A stretch of 64,000 nt of DNA, taken from positions 1-64,000 of the forward strand of contig CAZUFC010000005.1 of the NCBI GenBank assembly GCA_964619725.1, given 5' to 3'. Origin of the DNA: an uncultured bacterium (GTDB lineage Bacteria; CSSED10-310; CAZUFC01). The translations under genes and the position numbers were made by a program. Of the stretch, positions 1-8,676 are shown one piece after another (within the stretch, counting starts at the first letter, position 1; every line of letters starts with the position of its first letter). The notes beneath the pieces were generated by a model. The model saw only the letters and a program-made list of their open reading frames with translations. It was not told the origin of the DNA and ran no database searches.

Positions 1-155
1 TGCCTTGCCGTGGAAAAAAATTTGCCCTGTGCATGCTTACCGGAAGGACACGAATGTGCAATTTCCCAATGGCAAGAGGCTTGTTTTCGATCTGAGAAAC
101 CGCGATGGAACTAAAATTGGATTGTCCAAAAATTTGGGCTGATTTTGACCCTATT

Positions 156-1250
156 TTAACGATTTCTGATCTTATAACAACTTTCCAAAAAACTGGTTCG
201 GAATATCGGAAAAACCGGCGGTATTTCCCGACATTCATTCAAATGTTTTGATAAACGGCTTTGCAGCCCATGCCATATCGATAAGCTTTTCTGCACAGCG
301 CTGAAAACCTGATCAATCGCTCCTGCATTATAAAAAGGAGATGATGCCTCGGTCTTATCACGCTTTCGCCTGGTTGTATAAAATTTTTCCAGACTCCTTT
401 TTGCATAATCAAATTTTCCCAGTTGAATATATAAACTAATCGACAGAGCATAAGCCGAAGGATTATTCGTTGGTACTGAAATAATTTTATCCGAAATAGA
501 TATGGCTCTCTCCTGATCTTTAAAGACAGCCCAGAATATCCGGGAGACCTCTATAATGCCGTTTTCATCCAGTCCCCTCTCGATGGCTTCAAGCAAACAG
601 GGAGCGGCAGACTCCTTGCCGCCCAGCATAGTCAGCAACATACCCTTCTGAAAAAGGAGCAAGGGTGCGCCGGGGTCCTTTTCCAGCGCCTCATCCACCA
701 GCGGCAGCGCCTCCTCGAAACGATCATTGATGCGTAAAGTCTCGCTTAATTCAAAAAGCAGATTGCTTTGCCTTGGCCACAGTCTTGTTCCGATGAGCAA
801 TTCCTTTTCTGACGCAGCAAGCTCTCGCACATGTCGACGTATGACTCCTCCGAATAAAGCCGGCATGTATGAAAAATTACGGAAATACATCCAGATTCCC
901 GGAAATTTGTCCCGTATATTCATTTCTATCCTGCGTTCATTCAGCAGGGTGCCTTTTTCCGTTATTTCTCCGAGTTCTTCCGGGTCAGGATAATCGACTT
1001 CGAGGTTTTTCAGGCTACGGATCAGGTTATCTTCCTTGAAATATCGCTCCACAACTCGCACGTCCCGTATAAAACCATAGTTATGATGTTCCAGCTCTTC
1101 CAGGTGAATGAAACTCAACCCCGGTCTATGTTCATGATGTTCTACTGCTCGAACGTAACTGGAATGTATCTTTTTCATGCTTTCCATGCAGCGGACCAGT
1201 AATGCGCCTTTTTCAGCTTTCATGCTTCCGCTCTCCTTAATACAGGGCAT
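156..1250 (-). CDS. Tetratricopeptide-repeat protein, function unknown
   Basis: 364-aa ORF with TPR-like helices (RFEEALPLVDEALEKDP; LGKFDYAKRSLEK); lies 9 bp downstream of the methyltransferase on the same strand. Confidence 0.65.
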   Translation of the reverse strand: MPCIKESGSMKAEKGALLVRCMESMKKIHSSYVRAVEHHEHRPGLSFIHLEELEHHNYGFIRDVRVVERYFKEDNLIRSLKNLEVDYPDPEELGEITEKGTLLNERRIEMNIRDKFPGIWMYFRNFSYMPALFGGVIRRHVRELAASEKELLIGTRLWPRQSNLLFELSETLRINDRFEEALPLVDEALEKDPGAPLLLFQKGMLLTMLGGKESAAPCLLEAIERGLDENGIIEVSRIFWAVFKDQERAISISDKIISVPTNNPSAYALSISLYIQLGKFDYAKRSLEKFYTTRRKRDKTEASSPFYNAGAIDQVFSAVQKSLSIWHGLQSRLSKHLNECREIPPVFPIFRTSFLESCYKIRNR

Positions 1251-1259
1251 CTTGCACTT

Positions 1260-2471
1260 TCACTCCACTTTTACCCTGGCTAAGGCAGGTCTGGAGCCTA
1301 AATCTTCGAACCAGCATTCCTTGTCTAGCAGGAGGTCGAAACTTATATCAAAATCGCCTTTTCTTTCAAGGTTGATCTCAACCGTTTGAAAGACTTCAGC
1401 GCCGGGGGGTATATCTGATTCAAAACCGGAGAAGAAGAAATGAATGTTAAGATTTTGCCGATTTGAATCGAGAAGATGTGCGCCGACTTTCACCGTGCAG
1501 ATGTCTTTTACATTCGAAGAGAGCCAGACAGCGCTGCCATTATTGACGATATGCAATTGAGCTTTCAGCGACTTACCTGATTTAATGCTGAATTCCTGCT
1601 TCTCAAGCTGCAGATTATGTCTGAGTCCGTATCTTTGCCTGCTGTCGGGCACATAAGCGCCTTTTGTCAGAAAAAAATCGCTCATGTTGGCTGTCCCGGT
1701 TATTAATTGATCGGATACTGTTTTTGGGATGACGCAGTCATGCAAAATCGTTTTATGATCTTCAAAACTCATATCGTATGAAAGATTGAAGAGAGGTTTG
1801 AAATATGCATGCGTGAACCCGATTCCTACAGCCGTCTCAATTATCTTGACCGCTGATATATCATTCTCCAGTATGTCGTATTTCTTCATTTCATTCTGTG
1901 CATCCTCAGACTTTGAATGATTCAAGCCCGGTTCTGCAAAACCGACTATTCCGCCGGGTTTGAGAATCCGTAAGAATTCCTTCAAAATGTCTTCCTGGTT
2001 AGGAACATGGTGAAAAGCATCAAAACAGACTATCCGGTCTACAGATTCATCATCGACGGGTATCGTATAACCTTCGAAGAGTATGAATTCAGGTTCTTCA
2101 ATAAAGTTAATTCCTTTTGAGTATTCCTTGAATAATCGTTTTCCGATTTCAAGCGCTTTTACCGATGGATCAACGGATATGGTTGAGCACCCCATCTTGT
2201 TCAAATAACGGGACAACCAGCAGGTCCCGGCGCCGAAATCCAGCACTTTCATAGTTTTGCCGAGTCTGAGTCCCTCTAAAACGACGCCGAGCCTCTGACA
2301 ATAATAAGGGCCACCGTCTATCATGGTAAAAGGTTTTCCCATCAGAACTTTCTCACCTGTTTCGCCCAGCCCGGTAAAATACGAATCTGCTGAGTTGCAT
2401 AATTCAGCGACGCTGTACTTTGCAATGATATCATCGGGTTTTATCTTCGCTGTACTCATGTTCATAACCAT
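1260..2471 (-). CDS. Class I SAM-dependent methyltransferase with C-terminal Ig-like domain
   Basis: VLDFGAGTCW motif I; DRIVCFDAFHH and RILKPGG motifs; C-terminal beta-rich region (IVNNGSAVW...DIPPGAE...WF). Confidence 0.85.
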   Translation of the reverse strand: MVMNMSTAKIKPDDIIAKYSVAELCNSADSYFTGLGETGEKVLMGKPFTMIDGGPYYCQRLGVVLEGLRLGKTMKVLDFGAGTCWLSRYLNKMGCSTISVDPSVKALEIGKRLFKEYSKGINFIEEPEFILFEGYTIPVDDESVDRIVCFDAFHHVPNQEDILKEFLRILKPGGIVGFAEPGLNHSKSEDAQNEMKKYDILENDISAVKIIETAVGIGFTHAYFKPLFNLSYDMSFEDHKTILHDCVIPKTVSDQLITGTANMSDFFLTKGAYVPDSRQRYGLRHNLQLEKQEFSIKSGKSLKAQLHIVNNGSAVWLSSNVKDICTVKVGAHLLDSNRQNLNIHFFFSGFESDIPPGAEVFQTVEINLERKGDFDISFDLLLDKECWFEDLGSRPALARVKVE

Positions 2472-2727
2472 CCTGGAAGTGTAAAAAATTAACGTATGTT
2501 TTCTGGAAATCCCTGGTCATCTCTGCCTATGAATGAAACTTCATTCATGCACGGAACCAATTATACTGAAAAAAAACAAAAAATGCAATATTGGGAAATT
2601 TGGGAAAAAATGATTGCGGTCAGTCGTGCGGATAAGGACGTAATACGCCTTCTAAGTCGCTTGTCATTCATGATGAGCGACTGTCCACAACGTCGGTCAG
2701 CGGAAAAAAATAATGCAGAAGAGGGGA

Positions 2728-3780
2728 CTAATGACGTTTCAGTTTATTCGTCCAGCCCTTTTTGGCAAGAATATCGGCGGCCAGGAGTATCTGTCGGGGC
2801 GTAAACATTTTCTTGCGGTCGCTCCAGTCATAAGTGCGATTTACAGCATCCTCGTCATATTTTACAGACTCATTTTTTATGACCCAATGGACGGTTGACA
2901 GAAGTTCCAGTCCGAATGGGGACTCGAAACCGTCCACCAGTTCCGAAACCTTTTCAAAGCGGGCCCGGGTATCCCCATATTTCAACAGAAAGGTTCTCGC
3001 ATCCTTTGTTGCGCCCGGTACTAGCTTAATTTGCTTATCCGGCATGTCGCCTCCGTCAGCGTACCCGAAAATAAAATGGCCTTCTATGGCATTCAGCACG
3101 TGGCGGAGATTCTCAGCGTAAGGACCATAGAGACCTTTTTGAAATTTGAGCCGCAGATGTTCGCCTGCTTCCTGCATGAAATACATCAGTTTATGAACTT
3201 CCAGAAGAGTAACAAAGGGATCGAGCAACCCGTTGAGATAACGGTTTATTAACTCTATAAGCGCTGCGCGTCCCACAGTCATGTTCGGAGTTTTTCGAAC
3301 ACGGGTCATTTTATCAGTAGGCGGAGCCCCTTGCGGTTCATAAAGAATGACTCTCGTATCAGTTAAATTTTTAAGTTTTTCTTCGATTCTCAATTTCACC
3401 TTTGACCATTCCAGTCCGCCAAGTCCGCTTCCCAGCGGCGGAACGGCAATAGAACGAATATTGTATTGGTAGATAACTGCTGCCAGAGCTTTTAGCCCCT
3501 CCTCGATATCATCCATTTTGCTTTTGCTGCGCCAATGCCGCTTGGTTGGAAAGTTGATGATGTAGTGAGGGTTGGTCAATCGTCCAGTTTTGAATACGAA
3601 CATTTTACCCGGCAACACTTCACCTCTATTGCAGGCCTCAGCATAAGCTTTAAAATTACTCGGGAACGCTTTTTTAAACTGAAGAGCTATACCGCGACCC
3701 ATAACTCCGACGCAGTTTACAGTATTGACCAAGGCTTGGGCGTCATCCTGTAAAATGTCGCCGCTTTTGTATTCAATCAT
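2728..3780 (-). CDS. darG: DarG macrodomain antitoxin (DNA ADP-ribosyl glycohydrolase)
   Basis: GDIL...ALVNTVNCVGVMGRGIALQFK, IINFPTKRHWR and PPLGSGLGGL macrodomain motifs; DarG-type C-terminus (YGPYAENL, GFESPFGLELLSTVHW); start reassigned to ATG 3780 with GGAGG upstream. Confidence 0.93.
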   Translation of the reverse strand: MIEYKSGDILQDDAQALVNTVNCVGVMGRGIALQFKKAFPSNFKAYAEACNRGEVLPGKMFVFKTGRLTNPHYIINFPTKRHWRSKSKMDDIEEGLKALAAVIYQYNIRSIAVPPLGSGLGGLEWSKVKLRIEEKLKNLTDTRVILYEPQGAPPTDKMTRVRKTPNMTVGRAALIELINRYLNGLLDPFVTLLEVHKLMYFMQEAGEHLRLKFQKGLYGPYAENLRHVLNAIEGHFIFGYADGGDMPDKQIKLVPGATKDARTFLLKYGDTRARFEKVSELVDGFESPFGLELLSTVHWVIKNESVKYDEDAVNRTYDWSDRKKMFTPRQILLAADILAKKGWTNKLKRH

Positions 3781-3796
3781 CTTCAACGCCTCCTCA

Positions 3797-4456
3797 TCAG
3801 TAATACCATTCCCGTTTGATTTCTGCCTTTGGTTTGTGAGCGCTACTCTCCAGAGCATTCACAACCATATGATAAATACAACTCGAATAAACGCCGATTC
3901 TTTCTGTCAAATGCCAAGGATAGCTTTTTTCCATCAAGAATTCTGCCTGCTTTCCTTCTTTTATTGAAGGAGCAATGCCCGGTCCGCTCCATCTTCTGTC
4001 AAAAACGGCTTTCCAGTTTATTTCATTCAAATATTTCAAATCGCATCTATCCTCAAAATAAAAAGCGCCGGCATTCGAAAGCGTGAAAGCCCAACGACGA
4101 TTATTTTGTCGCGCCCATTTTACAGAGGAATATAAGTCGGCCTCAAGGTGAATAATTGGTTCTTGTCCGCCTCGATAGTCCAATTCAGCGTGGTTAGCTT
4201 GATGGATCAGGTAGAGCATTATGGAACGCGGACAAAAATAAAAAGGAACAAAATCGCCGACATATAAATCTGGGAAGCTGTTTAACCTCAGACAATTAAG
4301 TCTCCTCTGTTTGATTGTGTTCATTCCAATGGTCGTTCCCAGTAGCGATTGTCGTTGTGCTTCGGCATCGCACCACAAACATCCGTTTGAAATAATTGAC
4401 GACAGACGTTCGAAATGCACTATATGATATATTTTGGGCTTTTCAGGGATATTCAT
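3797..4456 (-). CDS. darT: DarT ssDNA thymidine ADP-ribosyltransferase toxin (DUF4433)
   Basis: IYHIVH, VPFYFCPRSIML, FTLSNA and KQAEFL (catalytic Glu) motifs; directly upstream of darG. Confidence 0.93.
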   Translation of the reverse strand: MNIPEKPKIYHIVHFERLSSIISNGCLWCDAEAQRQSLLGTTIGMNTIKQRRLNCLRLNSFPDLYVGDFVPFYFCPRSIMLYLIHQANHAELDYRGGQEPIIHLEADLYSSVKWARQNNRRWAFTLSNAGAFYFEDRCDLKYLNEINWKAVFDRRWSGPGIAPSIKEGKQAEFLMEKSYPWHLTERIGVYSSCIYHMVVNALESSAHKPKAEIKREWYY

Positions 4457-4597
4457 CGCATCGTCTTCCCGATTTCCTTGGATATACTATTTATTTTTTC
4501 GAATTCAGTCAATTCAATAGGCGGTAAAATCAGATACAAGGGCCGGATGAGCTCCGATTCGGATTAAATTTAGAGAGCGAATGCTTGAAAATGTCGC

Positions 4598-5515
4598 TTA
4601 TTTAAAGCATGACGTTTCGCATGATAGGAAGCCCGTATCGAACAGACCGATGCTTTCGTATATTTCGAGGGTGGGTTGCGAGCGGTTGAGGGTATAAAAA
4701 TGTATGCCGTCGACGTTGTGTCCTATGAGGTCGAAAACCTGTTGAGCAGCCCAGTGTATGCCTATTTTTCTTATTCTTTTATCTTCAACTCTGTAAATGG
4801 CCTGGAGCAGGCCGGCGGGGAAGCGCGTCAGGGGCGTCAGATCGGCGATGCGGTCCAGGCTTTTCCGGCTGGTTATGGGCATTATGCCGGCCAGAATGGG
4901 AACGTATATCCCGCTTAACCGGCACCGCGCTTTGAAATCGTAAAATTCATGGTTGTCGAAGAACATCTGAGAGGTCAGGTAATCCGCACCGGCATCGACT
5001 TTTTTCTTCAAATAGACCATTTCAACCAGTCGATTTGGAGTTTCGACATGCCCTTCAGGATAACAGGCGGCGCCGAGACAGATATCCGGGAATTCCTTCC
5101 TGATGAATCGAATAAGGTCTACTGCATAGACGAAATCACCGGCATCATGTCTGAAGTCAGCTTGATCTTTGGGCGCATCCCCTCGTAAAGCCAATATATT
5201 TTTTATCCCCGCGTCATGATATTGCCCAACGGTTTCATAAATCTCCTGACGGGACGAACCCACGCAGGTCAGGTGAGGAACCACGGTTATGCCGGTCATT
5301 CTCTTTATCTTAAGCACAAGCTCATGCGTCAGTTTTCGGGAAGACCCGCCCGCACCGTAAGTAACGCTGACAAAAGTAGGTCTCCGCTGCGCAAGACGCT
5401 CTAAACTGTCATACAATCGTTCGGCGGCCTTTTCGTTTTTCGGAGGAAAAAATTCAAAGCTGATGCTGATTTTCGGTTGATTCAGAATGTTTCCTATGTT
5501 TCTCTCTTTCATCAT
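4598..5515 (-). CDS. metF: 5,10-methylenetetrahydrofolate reductase
   Basis: SFEFFPPK, SVTYGAGG, PHLTC, LALRGD, YPEGH and GIHFYTLN motifs. Confidence 0.96.
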   Translation of the reverse strand: MMKERNIGNILNQPKISISFEFFPPKNEKAAERLYDSLERLAQRRPTFVSVTYGAGGSSRKLTHELVLKIKRMTGITVVPHLTCVGSSRQEIYETVGQYHDAGIKNILALRGDAPKDQADFRHDAGDFVYAVDLIRFIRKEFPDICLGAACYPEGHVETPNRLVEMVYLKKKVDAGADYLTSQMFFDNHEFYDFKARCRLSGIYVPILAGIMPITSRKSLDRIADLTPLTRFPAGLLQAIYRVEDKRIRKIGIHWAAQQVFDLIGHNVDGIHFYTLNRSQPTLEIYESIGLFDTGFLSCETSCFK

Positions 5516-5700
5516 ACCTTCTTTCCTGAACTAATCGAAACCAAAATGAGGCTGCAGTCGGATGAGCATTTCATATCAGTCAGAACCGCCCCGCAATTTC
5601 AGAAAAGTTCGGGATATACTTGCACAGAATTTACTGCGCCGACTGTACTTAGAACATTTACAGGCTTTCGTCAAGCGCTGCCGGAGAAAGAAAGCGGTAA

Positions 5701-6723
5701 TTGCTGAGGCTTGACTTTCTCCATGTCGTTGCGGCTTTTCTGGTTTTTTTCGTCCTTCTCGTTACACTCTTTCCAGAACTGAACCTGACGCCCCTGTTCT
5801 TTACTTCCGGCGTCGTTTCAATCGTCGTCGGACTCGCTGTCCAGGACGTTATGAGCAACCTCCTGGCAGGACTGGTCCTCAGTCTTGACAGGCCCTTTGA
5901 GGTGGGCGATTGGGTGCATGTCGGGGACAATGAAGGCGAAGTCGTCAAAATAACATGGCGCACGACAAAGATCAGAGGTTTTGAAGGCGATTATACCGAA
6001 ATACCAAACAGCATTATATCAAAAGAAAGAATCGTTAATCACCATGCTCCTTCTTCACTCCACCTCCGAAGAATATATGTCGGCGTTACTTACGATACTC
6101 CCCCCGGATTAACGGTCAAAGCGCTGCTGGAGGCTGCCTCCGAAGTCAATGGCGTCCGCGAAAAACCTGCCCCGGAAGCGCATTTCGTCGATTACCAGGA
6201 TTGCAGACTCCTCTTCGAATTGCGCGTCTGGATTGACCATTATCAATATTATCCCATCATACAGAGCGATATTCGTAAACGTATCTGGTACGCTTTCAAA
6301 CGCTATAACATCACCATTCCCTTCCCAATTCGTGACGTCAACCTCAAACAAATTGAAGAAACCCCTACACGTCTGAAAGCGCGACTGATATCAAATACGA
6401 AACTGCGAGGCCGACCCCTTTTTGAAATGAATAATGATCGCCTCTCTATCGGTCGATCGCCGGAAAACGACATTCTGATCGCAGACCCCTCAATATCAAA
6501 AAAACACGCTGTCATTGAACGCCGGAATGACCGGTTCGTGATCAGAGACCTCAACAGCCGGCACGGCACATTTCTTAATGGAAAGCCCGTCAATATTCAA
6601 ACCATCTTCCGAGGCGACGAAATTTCACTCGGAGCCGTTACTTTGACTTTTGAAACCAATACGGTCCCTTTGCTTCAAAATGTCGATAATAATCCAATCG
6701 ACACTTCTGATGCAGATGCATGA
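5701..6723 (+). CDS. MscS-family mechanosensitive channel fused to a C-terminal FHA domain (possibly missing TM1)
   Basis: GLAVQDVMSNLLAG, RPFEVGDWV and ITIPFPIR (MscS); IGRSPENDI, SISKKHA and DLNSRHGTFLNG (FHA). Confidence 0.85.
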   Translation: MLRLDFLHVVAAFLVFFVLLVTLFPELNLTPLFFTSGVVSIVVGLAVQDVMSNLLAGLVLSLDRPFEVGDWVHVGDNEGEVVKITWRTTKIRGFEGDYTEIPNSIISKERIVNHHAPSSLHLRRIYVGVTYDTPPGLTVKALLEAASEVNGVREKPAPEAHFVDYQDCRLLFELRVWIDHYQYYPIIQSDIRKRIWYAFKRYNITIPFPIRDVNLKQIEETPTRLKARLISNTKLRGRPLFEMNNDRLSIGRSPENDILIADPSISKKHAVIERRNDRFVIRDLNSRHGTFLNGKPVNIQTIFRGDEISLGAVTLTFETNTVPLLQNVDNNPIDTSDADA

Positions 6724-6887
6724 ATATTGATGCTTACGAGATGATCAAAATTTCCGGATGTCTCGAACCCCTGCAACGACCGTATATATTACGCATCATT
6801 ACATGTAAGAAAAGACGTCTCTCGTAAAAATCGTAACTTCCCTCCGTTAAGTCTCGTAACTTCACCGTTTGTTGACAGGAAATTTTC

Positions 6888-6951
6888 TTGACAATTTGTT
6901 TTATTTGTTTTATATCTCATTTGAGATAAACTTCAAAATAATTGAAGTTTA
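6888..6951 (+). promoter_or_regulatory. Sigma70-like promoter with two adjacent palindromic operators
   Basis: TTGACA at 6888, 17 bp, TATATC; palindromes TATCTCA-tt-TGAGATA (6913-6928) and TAAACTTCAA-N5-TTGAAGTTTA (6927-6951). Confidence 0.6.
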
Positions 6952-6989
6952 ATGAGAGTTTCAATTATTGATCACCAAGGGAGTAAAAA

Positions 6990-7787
6990 ATGAAAAAAGC
7001 TATAAGGTTGAAAACAAACCGTTTGGAGGGATTTTTTATCGTGTCGGTGATCGTTGTTTTATCCGCTGCGGTTCTGGGCGGTTCGCGGTTTGTCGAGGAG
7101 AGGGTATTGCATTTTGCATTGATGGTCGTCATGAGTATGGCGGGTATTTTTCACCTGTCATTTTTGCTGCGAACCAGGAACTGGGTTTATGCGGCATCAG
7201 CATTGTTTTACGGATTGGGAGCGCTGACGTTTGCCGGACTTTTTTCAGGTTTGCCGAAGCCTTTAATTCTGGGAATGGCAGTGTCGTCGTTCATGTTTTT
7301 TTGCGTGTTCATGTATTTGCTTGCGACAAGACGGATGAAATGGCGGTATCACGAGATTCTGGAGCTGGCGGCTCGTCCAGTGGAAGAATTTTCAGACGGT
7401 TTCGCCGACCGGCCTTATCCTGCGGGAAAAGTCGCTTACACGAGGGAAGAAATAGGGGGTTTTGCGGTTTTTGCATTGAAGTATGCGATAGCCTGTCCAT
7501 ATTTCGAGTCGGACCGTATTGTGTTGACTGTGCCGCGCAATATGGCGCTGCATTTTCTTTTCATAAAGCGGAATTATGAAGATGAAACCTATATTGCATT
7601 CAGCAATGACGGAAATGTTTCAGTGAAAATTTCAAACCGCGATTATGAGAAATACCGGGATGAATTAACGTTTAATCTGTTGTGCCGTTCATTCCGAAGG
7701 CTTTTCGAGGAATTTCTGGAATTATACATACGAGGCGAATCGGAGAAAATAATCAGGCGATTGAATTCAGTAGGTTTCATCTTGTAA
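6990..7787 (+). CDS. Integral membrane protein (about 4 TM) with soluble C-terminal domain, unknown function
   Basis: Four hydrophobic segments in the first ~115 aa; GGGAG RBS; 7 bp upstream of the next gene. Confidence 0.7.
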   Translation: MKKAIRLKTNRLEGFFIVSVIVVLSAAVLGGSRFVEERVLHFALMVVMSMAGIFHLSFLLRTRNWVYAASALFYGLGALTFAGLFSGLPKPLILGMAVSSFMFFCVFMYLLATRRMKWRYHEILELAARPVEEFSDGFADRPYPAGKVAYTREEIGGFAVFALKYAIACPYFESDRIVLTVPRNMALHFLFIKRNYEDETYIAFSNDGNVSVKISNRDYEKYRDELTFNLLCRSFRRLFEEFLELYIRGESEKIIRRLNSVGFIL

Positions 7788-7794
7788 GAGAGGC

Positions 7795-8406
7795 GTGGAA
7801 ATGAATTTTGCTTCAGCATCAAGACTCGGCGGACTGTTGTCCCGTGATTATTCAAGAGAATTTTTTCGCTTGCTGGCGAATTACACGAACATATCGGCAT
7901 CGGAGGCCGCATCCAGGTTGGACCTGCACATTAAAACGGCCCAGGATTTCCTGGAAACGCTTTATGAAGAGGGTCTGGTTTCAAAGGAAGAAGCGTACGA
8001 AAAGAAGCGGCCTTATTTTCGTTACGGGTTAAAGGCTGAAAAGTTGTCGATAGAAGTTTATTTTTCAGACTTTTCAATGAAGGAGAAGAGCCGAAAAGTA
8101 TTGGAAATCAGAATAAGAGAAAAAAAGAATTCCGGGGTCATATTCAAAAGCGCCAGAAGCGGAGATCGCATATCAGCGTTACATTATTTCATAGGAAAGG
8201 GAAGAAAAAGAAAAGATAAGAAGATATATCTCACGGAACGGCAGGGCCGGTTCCTGTATTCCCTGCCGTTTCCGACTGAAGAACCGCTTCGTGTTGCGGA
8301 AATCATGAAAAAAGCGGATATAGACGAGGAGGGCGTTCCGGAGATAGCTGATATGACTGAATTTCTGTTAAACAAAGGAATTATTGAGGAACGCGGTCGT
8401 TCATAG
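7795..8406 (+). CDS. Winged helix-turn-helix transcriptional regulator
   Basis: ISASEAASRLDLHIKTAQDFLETLYEEGLV wHTH pattern followed by a wing (RPYFRY). Confidence 0.7.
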   Translation: MEMNFASASRLGGLLSRDYSREFFRLLANYTNISASEAASRLDLHIKTAQDFLETLYEEGLVSKEEAYEKKRPYFRYGLKAEKLSIEVYFSDFSMKEKSRKVLEIRIREKKNSGVIFKSARSGDRISALHYFIGKGRKRKDKKIYLTERQGRFLYSLPFPTEEPLRVAEIMKKADIDEEGVPEIADMTEFLLNKGIIEERGRS

Positions 8407-8676
8407 AATTTTGTATGGGTGATTTTTCCTAAAGTCTGGCTGGATTTTTCAGAAGTCCCAGGCAGTGTTCATGCCGGAATAAAAAGGATTAGCCCCTTGT
8501 CATGGCGGCTTCCATATTCTAGAATTTATTAATTCTCGCATAAGGGAGAGATGGTTCAATCCTGTTTGCGGGAGTCAGTCGACCGGGCGAAAAAGACAGG
8601 CACAGACTAATGTTTAATTCAGCGAATCAATTCGGGATTCGTCGTATCGGATAAATGCGAACCAGTCGATAATTCT

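Noticed and set aside
5516-5700. SAM or SAH riboswitch upstream of metF
   Set aside because: No SAM-I, SAM-II or SAH consensus elements recognised on the minus strand
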